DNA from: an uncultured virus (IMG/VR IMGVR_UViG_3300024343_000006)
Taxonomy: Duplodnaviria > Heunggongvirae > Uroviricota > Caudoviricetes
Direction: 5' to 3' (one strand)
Length of the DNA: 64,000 nt
IMG/VR virus record: IMGVR_UViG_3300024343_000006
How positions within the stretch are numbered: the stretch's first letter is position 1; every line of letters starts with the position of its first letter. Position numbers and translations under genes: made by a program. The notes under the pieces are model-generated. The model saw only the letters and a list, made by a program, of their open reading frames with translations, had not been told where the DNA came from and made no database searches. Shown piece by piece: positions 48,449 through 57,318 of the stretch.

Positions 48449-49198
48449 ATGAAAGATTACAAACAATTATTAAAAGAACTCCCATCTAAAACGGTAGTTC
48501 TAGCCTGTGGTAAGTTTAACCCTCCAAACGTGGGTCATGAACTTATTGTAAAGGCTGTCAAAGCACTGGCTGAGCAACGTAGCGCAGACCACGTAATCTA
48601 TGCATCCACTGTTAGCGATGCGAAAAAGAATCCACTATTAGTAGAAAAGAAACTTCAGTATTTGAATCTGATTTTTCCTAAGACCAACTTTGTCGAATCT
48701 GAAAAGAATTTGGTAGATATCGTTAAGAGTCTAAAAGAAAACTATTCAAATATTATTTTAGTGACTGGCGCAGAAGTTCCACGAGCACTAAAGAAGTATA
48801 ATGTTACTGTTATCAATACTGGAGAAAGCGATCCAGACGAATCTGAAACTATTCGTTCATTCGCTTCCAAGGGATTGTATGAACAGTTTAAGAAAGCACT
48901 ACCATCATCTATTAGAGATCTTGATAGTCGTAGATTAATGAATGACATAAGAACTGGTCTTGGTTTAGATATAATCAAAGAGCAGATCAATCTAGTTAAA
49001 GACGATATTCGTGAGATGTATCACTCAGGTGAAATCTTTAATGTCGGAGAAGTTGTTGAGTCTAATGGTAAGAAGTATGAGATTGTTAAGCGTGGTTCAA
49101 ACCATCTACTATTAAAAGAAGACTCTGGTAAATTAGTATCTAAATGGATACAAGATGTTAAAATAATTACATTTAAAGAACATATAAAAAATGGATGA
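48449..49198 (+). CDS. Cytidyltransferase-like (HIGH superfamily) protein, degenerate paralog
   Basis: GKFNPPNVGHE, DAKKNPL; lacks the GSDR and SASK motifs. Confidence 0.75.
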   Translation: MKDYKQLLKELPSKTVVLACGKFNPPNVGHELIVKAVKALAEQRSADHVIYASTVSDAKKNPLLVEKKLQYLNLIFPKTNFVESEKNLVDIVKSLKENYSNIILVTGAEVPRALKKYNVTVINTGESDPDESETIRSFASKGLYEQFKKALPSSIRDLDSRRLMNDIRTGLGLDIIKEQINLVKDDIREMYHSGEIFNVGEVVESNGKKYEIVKRGSNHLLLKEDSGKLVSKWIQDVKIITFKEHIKNG

Positions 49199-49637
49199 AC
49201 TAAAAACAGCAATCAAAGTCCTGTTGGCAAATACAACAGTGATGTACTATAAGGCTCATCAATTTCATTGGAACATTGAGGGCATAGAGTTCACTCAATT
49301 CCATGAATTCTTTGGAGATCTGTATACTGATGTTTATAACTCAGTAGATCCAATTGGTGAACTGCTACGTAAGTTAGATGATTATGCTCCAGTCAGTTTA
49401 GATGACCTGTTTAAGTATAAAACATTACAGGAAGAGACTACCAGAGTAGAACTTCTTTCTGATATTCTGGCTAGTCTTATTAAAGCAAATGAGGAAGTCT
49501 TGGCTAGCCTAAATAAAGTGTTCACTATTGCAAATGCAGACAAACAACAAGGTATTTGTAATTTTATTGCGGATAGAATAGATACACACCAGAAGCATGC
49601 ATGGTTCTTACGTGCTTCTGCTAAGAAAATAGGATAA
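49191..49637 (+). CDS. dps: Dps/ferritin-like protein
   Basis: HQFHWNIEG..F..FHEFF..LY, DPIGELLR, HQKHAWFL. Confidence 0.9.
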   Translation: MDELKTAIKVLLANTTVMYYKAHQFHWNIEGIEFTQFHEFFGDLYTDVYNSVDPIGELLRKLDDYAPVSLDDLFKYKTLQEETTRVELLSDILASLIKANEEVLASLNKVFTIANADKQQGICNFIADRIDTHQKHAWFLRASAKKIG

Positions 49638-49640
49638 AAA

Positions 49641-50468
49641 ATGTTTTCATTTAAACAGCTAATAGAAGAAGCAAAGAAATCAGGATGCACCTGCTGGACT
49701 GGATATAAAAGAGTTCCAGGAACTAAACCATGCTCTGCTGATTCATGTATCAAAGAAAGCCAGCGTGGATTGTGGGACAACATCCATGCCAAACAAAAAC
49801 GAATTAAAGCTGGTTCTGGCGAAAAGATGCGCAAGCCTGGAAGCGAAGGTGCTCCAACTGCAGCAGCATTGAAAGCATCGCAAACGAATGAAGCAAAAGA
49901 TAATAAAGAGTATGGTTACGAAGGTGACATGGCACTAAATCAATTGGCAACGCTAACACGTTGTGCTGATATGATTAAAGATCTACTAAAGCCAGACACT
50001 GATTTGCCAGAGTGGGTTCAATCTAAGATTACTCTTGCAACTGATTATATTCAGACTGCAGCTGACTATTTGTACTCTGAGATGAAAGAAGATGTTGAAG
50101 CACAATTTGACCTTATTGAAGAGATGGTAAGTGATCTCGCTACTCAACATAACTTAGATCCAGAAATGATCTGGGAAACATTTGAAGAAATTTCTGATGA
50201 AGAACTTTTCGAAGCTGCAGTTGATGCCAAAGGTCATAAATCTTCCACTGGTGGTTTGACTCAAAAAGGTCGTGATGCATACAATGCCAAGGGTGCTAAT
50301 TTACAAGCACCCGTGACAACACCTCCATCAGAATTAAAAGCTGGTAGCAAAGCAGCTAATCGTCGTAAGTCTTTCTGTGCTAGAATGGGTGGCATGGAAG
50401 GCGCAATGAAGAAACCAAATGGCGAGCCTACTCGTAAGGCACTCGCACTAAGAAAGTGGAACTGCTAA
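49641..50468 (+). CDS. Multi-module hypothetical protein (C-terminal DUF6321-like)
   Basis: Modules CWTGYKRV, GLWDNIHAK, EGDMA..LPEWVQSKI, GGLTQKGR..RRKSFCARM..RKWNC. Confidence 0.7.
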   Translation: MFSFKQLIEEAKKSGCTCWTGYKRVPGTKPCSADSCIKESQRGLWDNIHAKQKRIKAGSGEKMRKPGSEGAPTAAALKASQTNEAKDNKEYGYEGDMALNQLATLTRCADMIKDLLKPDTDLPEWVQSKITLATDYIQTAADYLYSEMKEDVEAQFDLIEEMVSDLATQHNLDPEMIWETFEEISDEELFEAAVDAKGHKSSTGGLTQKGRDAYNAKGANLQAPVTTPPSELKAGSKAANRRKSFCARMGGMEGAMKKPNGEPTRKALALRKWNC

Positions 50469-51706
50469 TGAAATCATTTTTAACATATTTAAAAGAAGAA
50501 AAAGATGCACTTGGCCATGGCTCAGATGCTGGTGATAAACTAAAGCACATTACTCATGCTGAGGATCGTCCATTGATGCATGGGCATGAAGGTTTTGAGC
50601 ATGCACATGGTGCATTAATGTCTGCTCATGAGCACACAAAGGCTGGAAATAATAGTAGTAAATTAACGATGAAGTTTGATGGTTCACCTTCAGTTGTTTT
50701 TGGACATCACCCAAGTAATGGTAAATTCTTTGTTGGAACAAAAGGTGCTTTCAATAAAGATCCAAAGATTAATCATACAGAAGCTGACATCGATAAGAAT
50801 CATGGTCATGCTCCAGGTCTAGCCACTAAACTAAAAGCAGCACTACAACATCTACCAAAAGTGACACCAAAGAAAGGTGTTTACCAAGGTGACATCATGC
50901 ATTCTGAGGGTGATGTTGAACATGATAAAAAAGCAGGCACTGCTAAGTTTACTCCAAATACAATCTCTTATACTGCTAAAGGCGATGAAGCAAAGAAAGC
51001 AGCTGAATCTAAATTCGGTGTTGCTGTTCATCAAAAGTATGAACACAAAGAAGGTGCTGATAAGAAATCTTTAGAATCAATGCATGTAACTCCACATCCT
51101 GATAATCATAACTTCGGTGATCATAAAGACGTGCATCTTAAGACTGCTAATCATGATACTTCTAAAGTAGATTACCCTAAAGAAGCGCAAGACCAATTTC
51201 ACAAACACATGGCTGCTGCCAAAGAAATTCATGATACTCATGGTCACAAGATGTATGATGCTGTTCATCCTGCTCATAGTGGTGATTCTGGTCATTTGGC
51301 TTCTTACATTAATCATACAGTTAAAACAGATACAGTTCCAACTGCTGAAGGTTTACAAGCCCATGTTACTGCTCACTACGAAAAGAAAGCAGCTGGTGTT
51401 AAGTCTGATGCTGCAAAGGCAAAACATACAGGCGAAGGTGCTGCACAAGTAGCGCATATCGAAAAGAATAAGTCTCACTACGATAATCTATTGAATATGC
51501 ATATTCACTTGGCAAAAGCAAAAGATACATTAGTTAAAAGTTTAAATACTCATACTGGTGGATTAGATCATCACATTGGTGATAACAAAACAGATCCAGA
51601 AGGATTTGTTATTAATCATGAGCACAATGGAAAAGAAGAGCCAACTAAATTAGTTAATCGTAAAGAGTTTAGTAAAGCCAACCTATTAAAAGTATACAAA
51701 AAATGA
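50468..51706 (+). CDS. His-rich ligase/capping-fold nucleotidyltransferase-like protein (DUF6267-like)
   Basis: TMKFDGSP (KxDG), YQGDIM, PEGFVI, TKLVNR. Confidence 0.7.
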   Translation: MKSFLTYLKEEKDALGHGSDAGDKLKHITHAEDRPLMHGHEGFEHAHGALMSAHEHTKAGNNSSKLTMKFDGSPSVVFGHHPSNGKFFVGTKGAFNKDPKINHTEADIDKNHGHAPGLATKLKAALQHLPKVTPKKGVYQGDIMHSEGDVEHDKKAGTAKFTPNTISYTAKGDEAKKAAESKFGVAVHQKYEHKEGADKKSLESMHVTPHPDNHNFGDHKDVHLKTANHDTSKVDYPKEAQDQFHKHMAAAKEIHDTHGHKMYDAVHPAHSGDSGHLASYINHTVKTDTVPTAEGLQAHVTAHYEKKAAGVKSDAAKAKHTGEGAAQVAHIEKNKSHYDNLLNMHIHLAKAKDTLVKSLNTHTGGLDHHIGDNKTDPEGFVINHEHNGKEEPTKLVNRKEFSKANLLKVYKK

Positions 51707-52974
51707 TTACATTTAAAGAAGCCAAAGATGTGGGTGGCCATGGGTCTGAAAAGCACCATGCCATGGTATTCGGTCGCATGAATCCAGTAACTTCTGGTCA
51801 TGAAGCTGTTGTTAAAAAGATGCATGATGTTGCCAAAGAACATGGTGCTGGTCATTCTTTAATTGTTTCTCACAGTCAAGATGCTAAAAAGAATCCTCTT
51901 TCAGCAGATCAAAAAGTTAATCATGCAAAGAATGCATTTCCAGGAACTAATGTATCTTCTTCTAGCAAAGAAAAACCAACTATCTTACATCATGCTGCAG
52001 AGTTACACAAACAAGGTGTGACACACCTGCATGTAGTTGCTGGTTCTGATCGTCATAAAGATATGCATGATCTACTACATAAGTATAATGGTCAAGATTC
52101 TGGTCATGGTCATTACAATTTTAAAAAGATAACAGTACATTCTTCTGGTGAGAGAGATCCAGATGCCGAAGGTACTGAAGGAATGTCGGCAAGTAAAATG
52201 CGTGAGCATGCAGCATCTGGTAATAAAGCAGAGTTTCATAAAGGAACTCCTTCATCAATGAAACCAGAACATAAAGATGCTATGTACAATGATGTGCGTA
52301 AAGGTATGGGTATTAAAGAAGAACTTAAAACATACAAAGAACTTATGGAAGACAGTTATCTAACTAAACTTATTTCTCGTCATAGACGTGGAGAGAAACT
52401 AGCAGCAAATGAACAAGAATTAGTTGCATCTTCTTTAAAGAGAAGTAAGATTTATGGTAAGTCTAAAAATGCAATTAGTTCTGAAGTTAAAGAAGAGCTA
52501 GAAGAGTCTGTTTCTGAGTTAAACAAACATATCTCTGATTTCTCTAAAGGTGTTAAGTCTTCATCTGCAAAACAAAGCACCTACAAACGTGATAACAAAG
52601 CAATTCATAATATGAAGCATGTTGAGACTGATTCAGATCACCAAGCAGTATTTAAACATCTACAAAAGATGGGTTACAAAAAGACTTCTGGTTACGATTC
52701 AAAACCAAATGAGTTTGATATGCATCACAATCGTGAAGAGATGACATCAAAGAGTGATCCAGTTCATCATTCATCTGGTGTTTCAGCCCATGTCGAAAAA
52801 GAACATGGTGGTAAGACTAAAGTTCACTTCACGCATCGTCATATTAAAGAAGAACTTGTTAATGAACTATCCACTGATCTTCTAGCAAGATATAAAACAG
52901 CTGCAGGTGCATCTGCCAAAGCAGCTGATGCTTCTGGTAACTATGCCAAAGGCGACAAGCGTTTAAAGGCATAA
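51703..52974 (+). CDS. His-rich cytidyltransferase-like protein; probably continues by -1 frameshift into the next ORF
   Basis: FGRMNPVTSGHE, DAKKNPL, VAGSDR, GMSASKMR. Confidence 0.8.
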   Translation: MITFKEAKDVGGHGSEKHHAMVFGRMNPVTSGHEAVVKKMHDVAKEHGAGHSLIVSHSQDAKKNPLSADQKVNHAKNAFPGTNVSSSSKEKPTILHHAAELHKQGVTHLHVVAGSDRHKDMHDLLHKYNGQDSGHGHYNFKKITVHSSGERDPDAEGTEGMSASKMREHAASGNKAEFHKGTPSSMKPEHKDAMYNDVRKGMGIKEELKTYKELMEDSYLTKLISRHRRGEKLAANEQELVASSLKRSKIYGKSKNAISSEVKEELEESVSELNKHISDFSKGVKSSSAKQSTYKRDNKAIHNMKHVETDSDHQAVFKHLQKMGYKKTSGYDSKPNEFDMHHNREEMTSKSDPVHHSSGVSAHVEKEHGGKTKVHFTHRHIKEELVNELSTDLLARYKTAAGASAKAADASGNYAKGDKRLKA

Positions 52975-55097
52975 ACAAAGCAACAAACAAACAGTTTGAC
53001 AATGATCTAAAGAAACATAATCAAGTCAAAGAAGAAACTCTCGATCAACAAGCTGATCGTGTAAAACAATTGAAGAAGTTTAAAGACATGATGGCTGGTA
53101 TGAAGTTAGACGAAGTGAAGACTGGTAATCCAGGATATGGTTATCATGGCCAACACCAAACAACACATAATGGTGATGAGGCATATGAAAAGATTCATGC
53201 TCATGTTAAAAGTTTAACTGATAGTGATGACAAAACTGTAAAGCATTATCTTGATTCTGCACATGGTCGCCATCTAGTTGGACATGAAGATGATCATGAA
53301 CACATTAAAAAAGACTTTAAGAAATTTAGTAAATATTATCGTCCAGCGATGCATGAAGAACTTGAATTAGAAGAATCATTCGAAGACGCTGATAAACATC
53401 TTGCATTAGCAGACAAAGCCCAACGCAATAAGGATATGTTCTCTCACCATATGCACATGGCAGACTATCATGGATCATTGGCTGATTGGCATGATTCGAA
53501 GGGTAGAAGTAGTGCTGGTGATCGTCATTTGGATAAAGCAGCAGACCATGAAGAACTAGCACATGCTATAAAGAAAAAGTCTGTTAGTGAAGGAACTCTG
53601 CAACCATCAGGTACAGATAAAATAGAAACGGCTGGCAGTCCAGTGTCAGATATTGGAACACAAAAATTAAAGGTAACCAAAGTGAAATCATTTAAATTTT
53701 TTACAGCTGAACAAGTTCAGCCAATTCAAGAAGCATCAGTCAAATCTGAGAAACATAGCTGGGGTAAAATGATGACTGTTCATCATGGAGCCAGCCATTC
53801 ATATCCTTTACATCCAGAACATCAAGAAGCAATCAGAAATTTGAAACATGGTGAAAAAACTTCTTTCAAAGATGAAACTGGTGCTAAAGTAAATGTACAT
53901 CGTGATGTTCAAGATGTTCACTTCACTTCTAACAAGACAGCTACTAAGACTACAGTTCCTCATAGTCATTTTAGCGAAGAAAATGAATTAGATGAAAAAC
54001 TAATTGGTAAACAAAAGAACATAGACAAGAACAAGAATGGTAAAGTCGATGCTCAAGATTTTAAGATTCTACAAAAAGAAAATGCACCAGTCGCTCCAGT
54101 TCCAGATAAGAAATACATCAAAGGTACTCCAGAGAACAAAGCATTGAAAGCATCACGTAAACCAATCAATGGTATGCCAACGAATGTAAAAGAAGAAGTT
54201 ACAGAAGCACTCAATGATAATTTACATCCAGCAGGTGCTGCATTACTAAAACATATTAAACCAGAACACCATAATAAATATAAAGAACATCTAACTACTG
54301 ATGTATTTACTGGATCATATAAAGATCGTTCAGATGTTTTAACTACTGCTAAAAATGCTGGCCATCTAAAAGAAAACTCTAAACAAGAAGATCCTCCTTT
54401 TGATGGTCCATACAAATCTACTTTCAAGAAACCAAATAATCCAAGTCGTTCAGGTATGGATTCAGCACGTGCATTAGCACAACGTGCCATGGGTAAGGTT
54501 AAAGAAAAAGCCATTAAAGAAGATAACGAACAACTCGATGAAGTTAATCATCGTGATTTTGCTTCACAAGGTAAGATGCACCCAGACATGGCCAAGCATA
54601 TGAAGACTGGCCAAGAGATGGACTTCTATCATTCTAAGACTGGTGACAAGATCTCTGGAATTGTTAAACACAACAGCGGATCTGAAGTGCACGTTAAAGC
54701 ACATAAAGATGGTAAAGTTGGTGCAGGTGAAGTCCACAAATTTAATGTTACATCTAAATTAGATGAAGCAGCACCACTTAAAAAGATTGATCATGTAAAC
54801 CTTCCAGGTGAAGCACCACATGAAGAAAAATGGGAACCAGCTAAGAAGAAAATGGTTAAGAAAGAATCATTATCATTCTCTGATTTCTTAAATCGTATAG
54901 ATGAAATTAAAATGGCAGATCTGCCATCTCGTAAAGTTCAAGGTCGTTCTTATGGTGCAGACTATGAAGATCCAGCTGGAGCATTCGAGACAAAAGACGA
55001 TATGAAAAAAGCAGAGCCAAAAAAGGCTGGGCGAAAAGTGGGGCAAAAGGTTGGTGCAAGAGCCAATCTCGGAAATTCTAAATTGCATCAAGCATAA
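52962..55097 (+). CDS. His/Lys-rich modular protein; likely C-terminal part of a ~1130-aa product starting at 51703
   Basis: Frame open from 52962 through the 53070 ORF; no clear SD at 53070; same composition as the upstream ORF. Confidence 0.7.
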   Translation, partial: FKGINKATNKQFDNDLKKHNQVKEETLDQQADRVKQLKKFKDMMAGMKLDEVKTGNPGYGYHGQHQTTHNGDEAYEKIHAHVKSLTDSDDKTVKHYLDSAHGRHLVGHEDDHEHIKKDFKKFSKYYRPAMHEELELEESFEDADKHLALADKAQRNKDMFSHHMHMADYHGSLADWHDSKGRSSAGDRHLDKAADHEELAHAIKKKSVSEGTLQPSGTDKIETAGSPVSDIGTQKLKVTKVKSFKFFTAEQVQPIQEASVKSEKHSWGKMMTVHHGASHSYPLHPEHQEAIRNLKHGEKTSFKDETGAKVNVHRDVQDVHFTSNKTATKTTVPHSHFSEENELDEKLIGKQKNIDKNKNGKVDAQDFKILQKENAPVAPVPDKKYIKGTPENKALKASRKPINGMPTNVKEEVTEALNDNLHPAGAALLKHIKPEHHNKYKEHLTTDVFTGSYKDRSDVLTTAKNAGHLKENSKQEDPPFDGPYKSTFKKPNNPSRSGMDSARALAQRAMGKVKEKAIKEDNEQLDEVNHRDFASQGKMHPDMAKHMKTGQEMDFYHSKTGDKISGIVKHNSGSEVHVKAHKDGKVGAGEVHKFNVTSKLDEAAPLKKIDHVNLPGEAPHEEKWEPAKKKMVKKESLSFSDFLNRIDEIKMADLPSRKVQGRSYGADYEDPAGAFETKDDMKKAEPKKAGRKVGQKVGARANLGNSKLHQA

Positions 55098-55127
55098 ATA
55101 ATAATAGTCCAATCTAAGGAGAACAAC

Positions 55128-55652
55128 ATGGCACTATGGGGAAATATCGATTCGGCAGCACCATCTGCTGGTACAACAGTTAGCGTAACAAATGCTAGCA
55201 CTGCTGTTACTGGTGTTAGCACTGCATTCTTAACAGACTTATCAGTGGGTGATGTTCTTATGATCACTTCTGGTACTACTACTAAAAATCGTGTTGCAGC
55301 TATCGCTTCCGACACAGCATTGACTTTGGCTGATAACTTTACTGGCACTACTGCAGCAACTCTAGCAATTGCTAACGTAAAGATTCAGAAAGCACCTAAG
55401 TTTGTTTATCAAGATTCTAACCAAACTAGTGGTAAGACTTCTTTGGATCAAACATTCTTTGTTGACTCTACTGAAGCAACTATCGCTTCTAACAAAGCGA
55501 AAGGTATTACACATTCAGGCTGGTGGAGAGTTAAAACATATACTGACTCTGCAAGCGCAACACGTTATAAAGCAGTTTGCTTAGTTGCTATGGGAACTGC
55601 GGTTGGTGTATCATCTGATGCTGCTGACGATGCGACTGTAGCAGACGCATAA
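55128..55652 (+). CDS. Probable virion structural protein
   Basis: TAAATA and SD AAGGAG upstream; MALWG start; Thr/Ala-rich. Confidence 0.65.
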   Translation: MALWGNIDSAAPSAGTTVSVTNASTAVTGVSTAFLTDLSVGDVLMITSGTTTKNRVAAIASDTALTLADNFTGTTAATLAIANVKIQKAPKFVYQDSNQTSGKTSLDQTFFVDSTEATIASNKAKGITHSGWWRVKTYTDSASATRYKAVCLVAMGTAVGVSSDAADDATVADA

Positions 55653-55671
55653 TAAATACATTATGTATGTA

Positions 55672-55700
55672 AGATGGGGAGGTTTTCTCCCCATCTCTTT
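55672..55700 (+). terminator. Hairpin / probable terminator
   Basis: AGATGGGGAG-GTTTT-CTCCCCATCT, then CTTT. Confidence 0.65.
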
Positions 55701-55717
55701 CTTGAAGGTATTATGGT

Positions 55718-56095
55718 GTGAATGAAAAATTAACTGAAGCGAATTTCTTAGTATATGCAATGCATCATTATGACAATCCACAATGTCACAGTCTGCAAGA
55801 ATTTGAAGAAGATTTAAAAAAGATCCTCTATCTTAAAAAATTATTATCTCGTTATAAGAATAATAATGAATTGAGAGAACGATTGATATTAAACCATATT
55901 ATTGTTCTTTACAATATTTTTGGCGAAGCAACAATAAAGATGTTGTTTTTTAAGATAGAAGAATCTTGCTGGGATTCACTGATTACATTTTTAGTATATC
56001 TTGATCGTATGCCTGAAACTATTCCAGAATATGGAATCATACTTTCTGATGTTACATTAGATGAGTATATCATCGCAAATTTAAGGAAACTCTAA
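55718..56095 (+). CDS. Conserved T4-like hypothetical protein
   Basis: YAMHHYDNPQC...EFEEDL...ERLILNHIIVLYNIFG. Confidence 0.75.
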   Translation: MNEKLTEANFLVYAMHHYDNPQCHSLQEFEEDLKKILYLKKLLSRYKNNNELRERLILNHIIVLYNIFGEATIKMLFFKIEESCWDSLITFLVYLDRMPETIPEYGIILSDVTLDEYIIANLRKL

Positions 56096-56616
56096 TGAGT
56101 CGCATTGTAGACAACATGATTGCTTATAGAATTGTTCGCATGCTTGTGACAGATTTCCCACAAACAGATGCGTTCAGACTAGGCATTATCGATGCCCATG
56201 GCAATGCAATTAAGCGTTCAAGTATGCTTAATACAGATCAAGAGAAAAACTCTTATACTTATTTGCATCGTTTAGTTTTCAATATGAAGAAGTTGATCAA
56301 TAGACTTGGTGGAGAGAATAAGTTAAAGAGTATGGCTGCAGCATTGTGGTTGATCAGAGAGTATTATGAAAGTGGTTCTAGAACTACATCTAATATGGAA
56401 ACCAAGTATAAGAATTTGATCGAAACATTAAACCACAATGTTATTCTTGTTGAAGAAGAAATTCTTATCAAGAAAGTTTTAGCAGAAGATGCGCCAGCTA
56501 ATGCAACTGGTGCTGCAGTTTCTACAAATGAACCAAAGATTGAACCAAAGAGCAAAAAGAAACCTATCATGGGTATGGCTCGCAGACCAGCACTAGCAGT
56601 TAAAGAGGTTTGTTAA
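56095..56616 (+). CDS. Conserved T4-like hypothetical protein
   Basis: DAFRLGIID, YTYLHRLVFNMKKL, AAALWLIRE. Confidence 0.7.
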   Translation: MSRIVDNMIAYRIVRMLVTDFPQTDAFRLGIIDAHGNAIKRSSMLNTDQEKNSYTYLHRLVFNMKKLINRLGGENKLKSMAAALWLIREYYESGSRTTSNMETKYKNLIETLNHNVILVEEEILIKKVLAEDAPANATGAAVSTNEPKIEPKSKKKPIMGMARRPALAVKEVC

Positions 56617-57060
56617 ATGTGGATGCTGTCATTTGTACCTGATGCGGTACTCCATTTAGTTGTCTTTGGTATTATGATTACGGGCATAGGCATCTATGCC
56701 CTTAGTTTTTTTACAAGATTTATTCCACCACTAATTCCATATTCTGGAATTGCTAGAATTGTTGGAACTATTCTTATGATTAGCGGTGTTTATTTCTATG
56801 GAAGTTACGCCACTGAAATGTCATGGAGAAATAAAGTATCTGAGTTAGAGACTAAAGTTGCTGCTTCTGAAGCCGAATCTAAGAAGACCAATATTCAAAT
56901 ACAAAAAGTATACATAGACAAAGTTAAGATAGTAAAAGAAACGCAAGTAGTAATACAAGAACGAATTAAAGAAGTTGAGAAGCGCATTGACTCACAATGT
57001 ACTGTTGATACTGAAGTTATTAATATCCTCAATGAAGCTGCAAAGAGGAAAGCGAAATGA
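56617..57060 (+). CDS. Putative inner-membrane spanin (Rz-like)
   Basis: N-terminal TM helices plus coiled coil; overlaps a lipoprotein gene. Confidence 0.7.
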   Translation: MWMLSFVPDAVLHLVVFGIMITGIGIYALSFFTRFIPPLIPYSGIARIVGTILMISGVYFYGSYATEMSWRNKVSELETKVAASEAESKKTNIQIQKVYIDKVKIVKETQVVIQERIKEVEKRIDSQCTVDTEVINILNEAAKRKAK

Positions 57061-57317
57061 AACTGTTATTGATTGTTCCTGTATTATTATTAACTGGGTG
57101 TTTAGCGACACCAGTACAGAGAAGTTTTCCTGATGTTCCTGAAGAACTAAAGGTAGCTTGTCCAGATTTGATGTTACTCGAGCCGACAACGAAACTAAGT
57201 GAAGTAGTTTCTGTTGTTTCCAAAAACTACGGTCAGTATCAAGAATGTCAGATTAAAGTAGACACTTGGATTGAATGGTATAAAACACAAAAACAAATAT
57301 TCGAGAGTGTCAAATAA
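57057..57317 (+). CDS. Putative outer-membrane spanin lipoprotein (Rz1-like)
   Basis: Signal peptide MKLLLIVPVLLLTGC with lipobox; Pro-containing segment. Confidence 0.75.
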   Translation: MKLLLIVPVLLLTGCLATPVQRSFPDVPEELKVACPDLMLLEPTTKLSEVVSVVSKNYGQYQECQIKVDTWIEWYKTQKQIFESVK

Positions 57318-57318
57318 C

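Noticed and set aside
52972..52974. Stop-codon readthrough or alternative genetic code
   Set aside because: The downstream ORF is in the -1 frame, and core genes are intact under the standard code with TAA, TGA and TAG stops.
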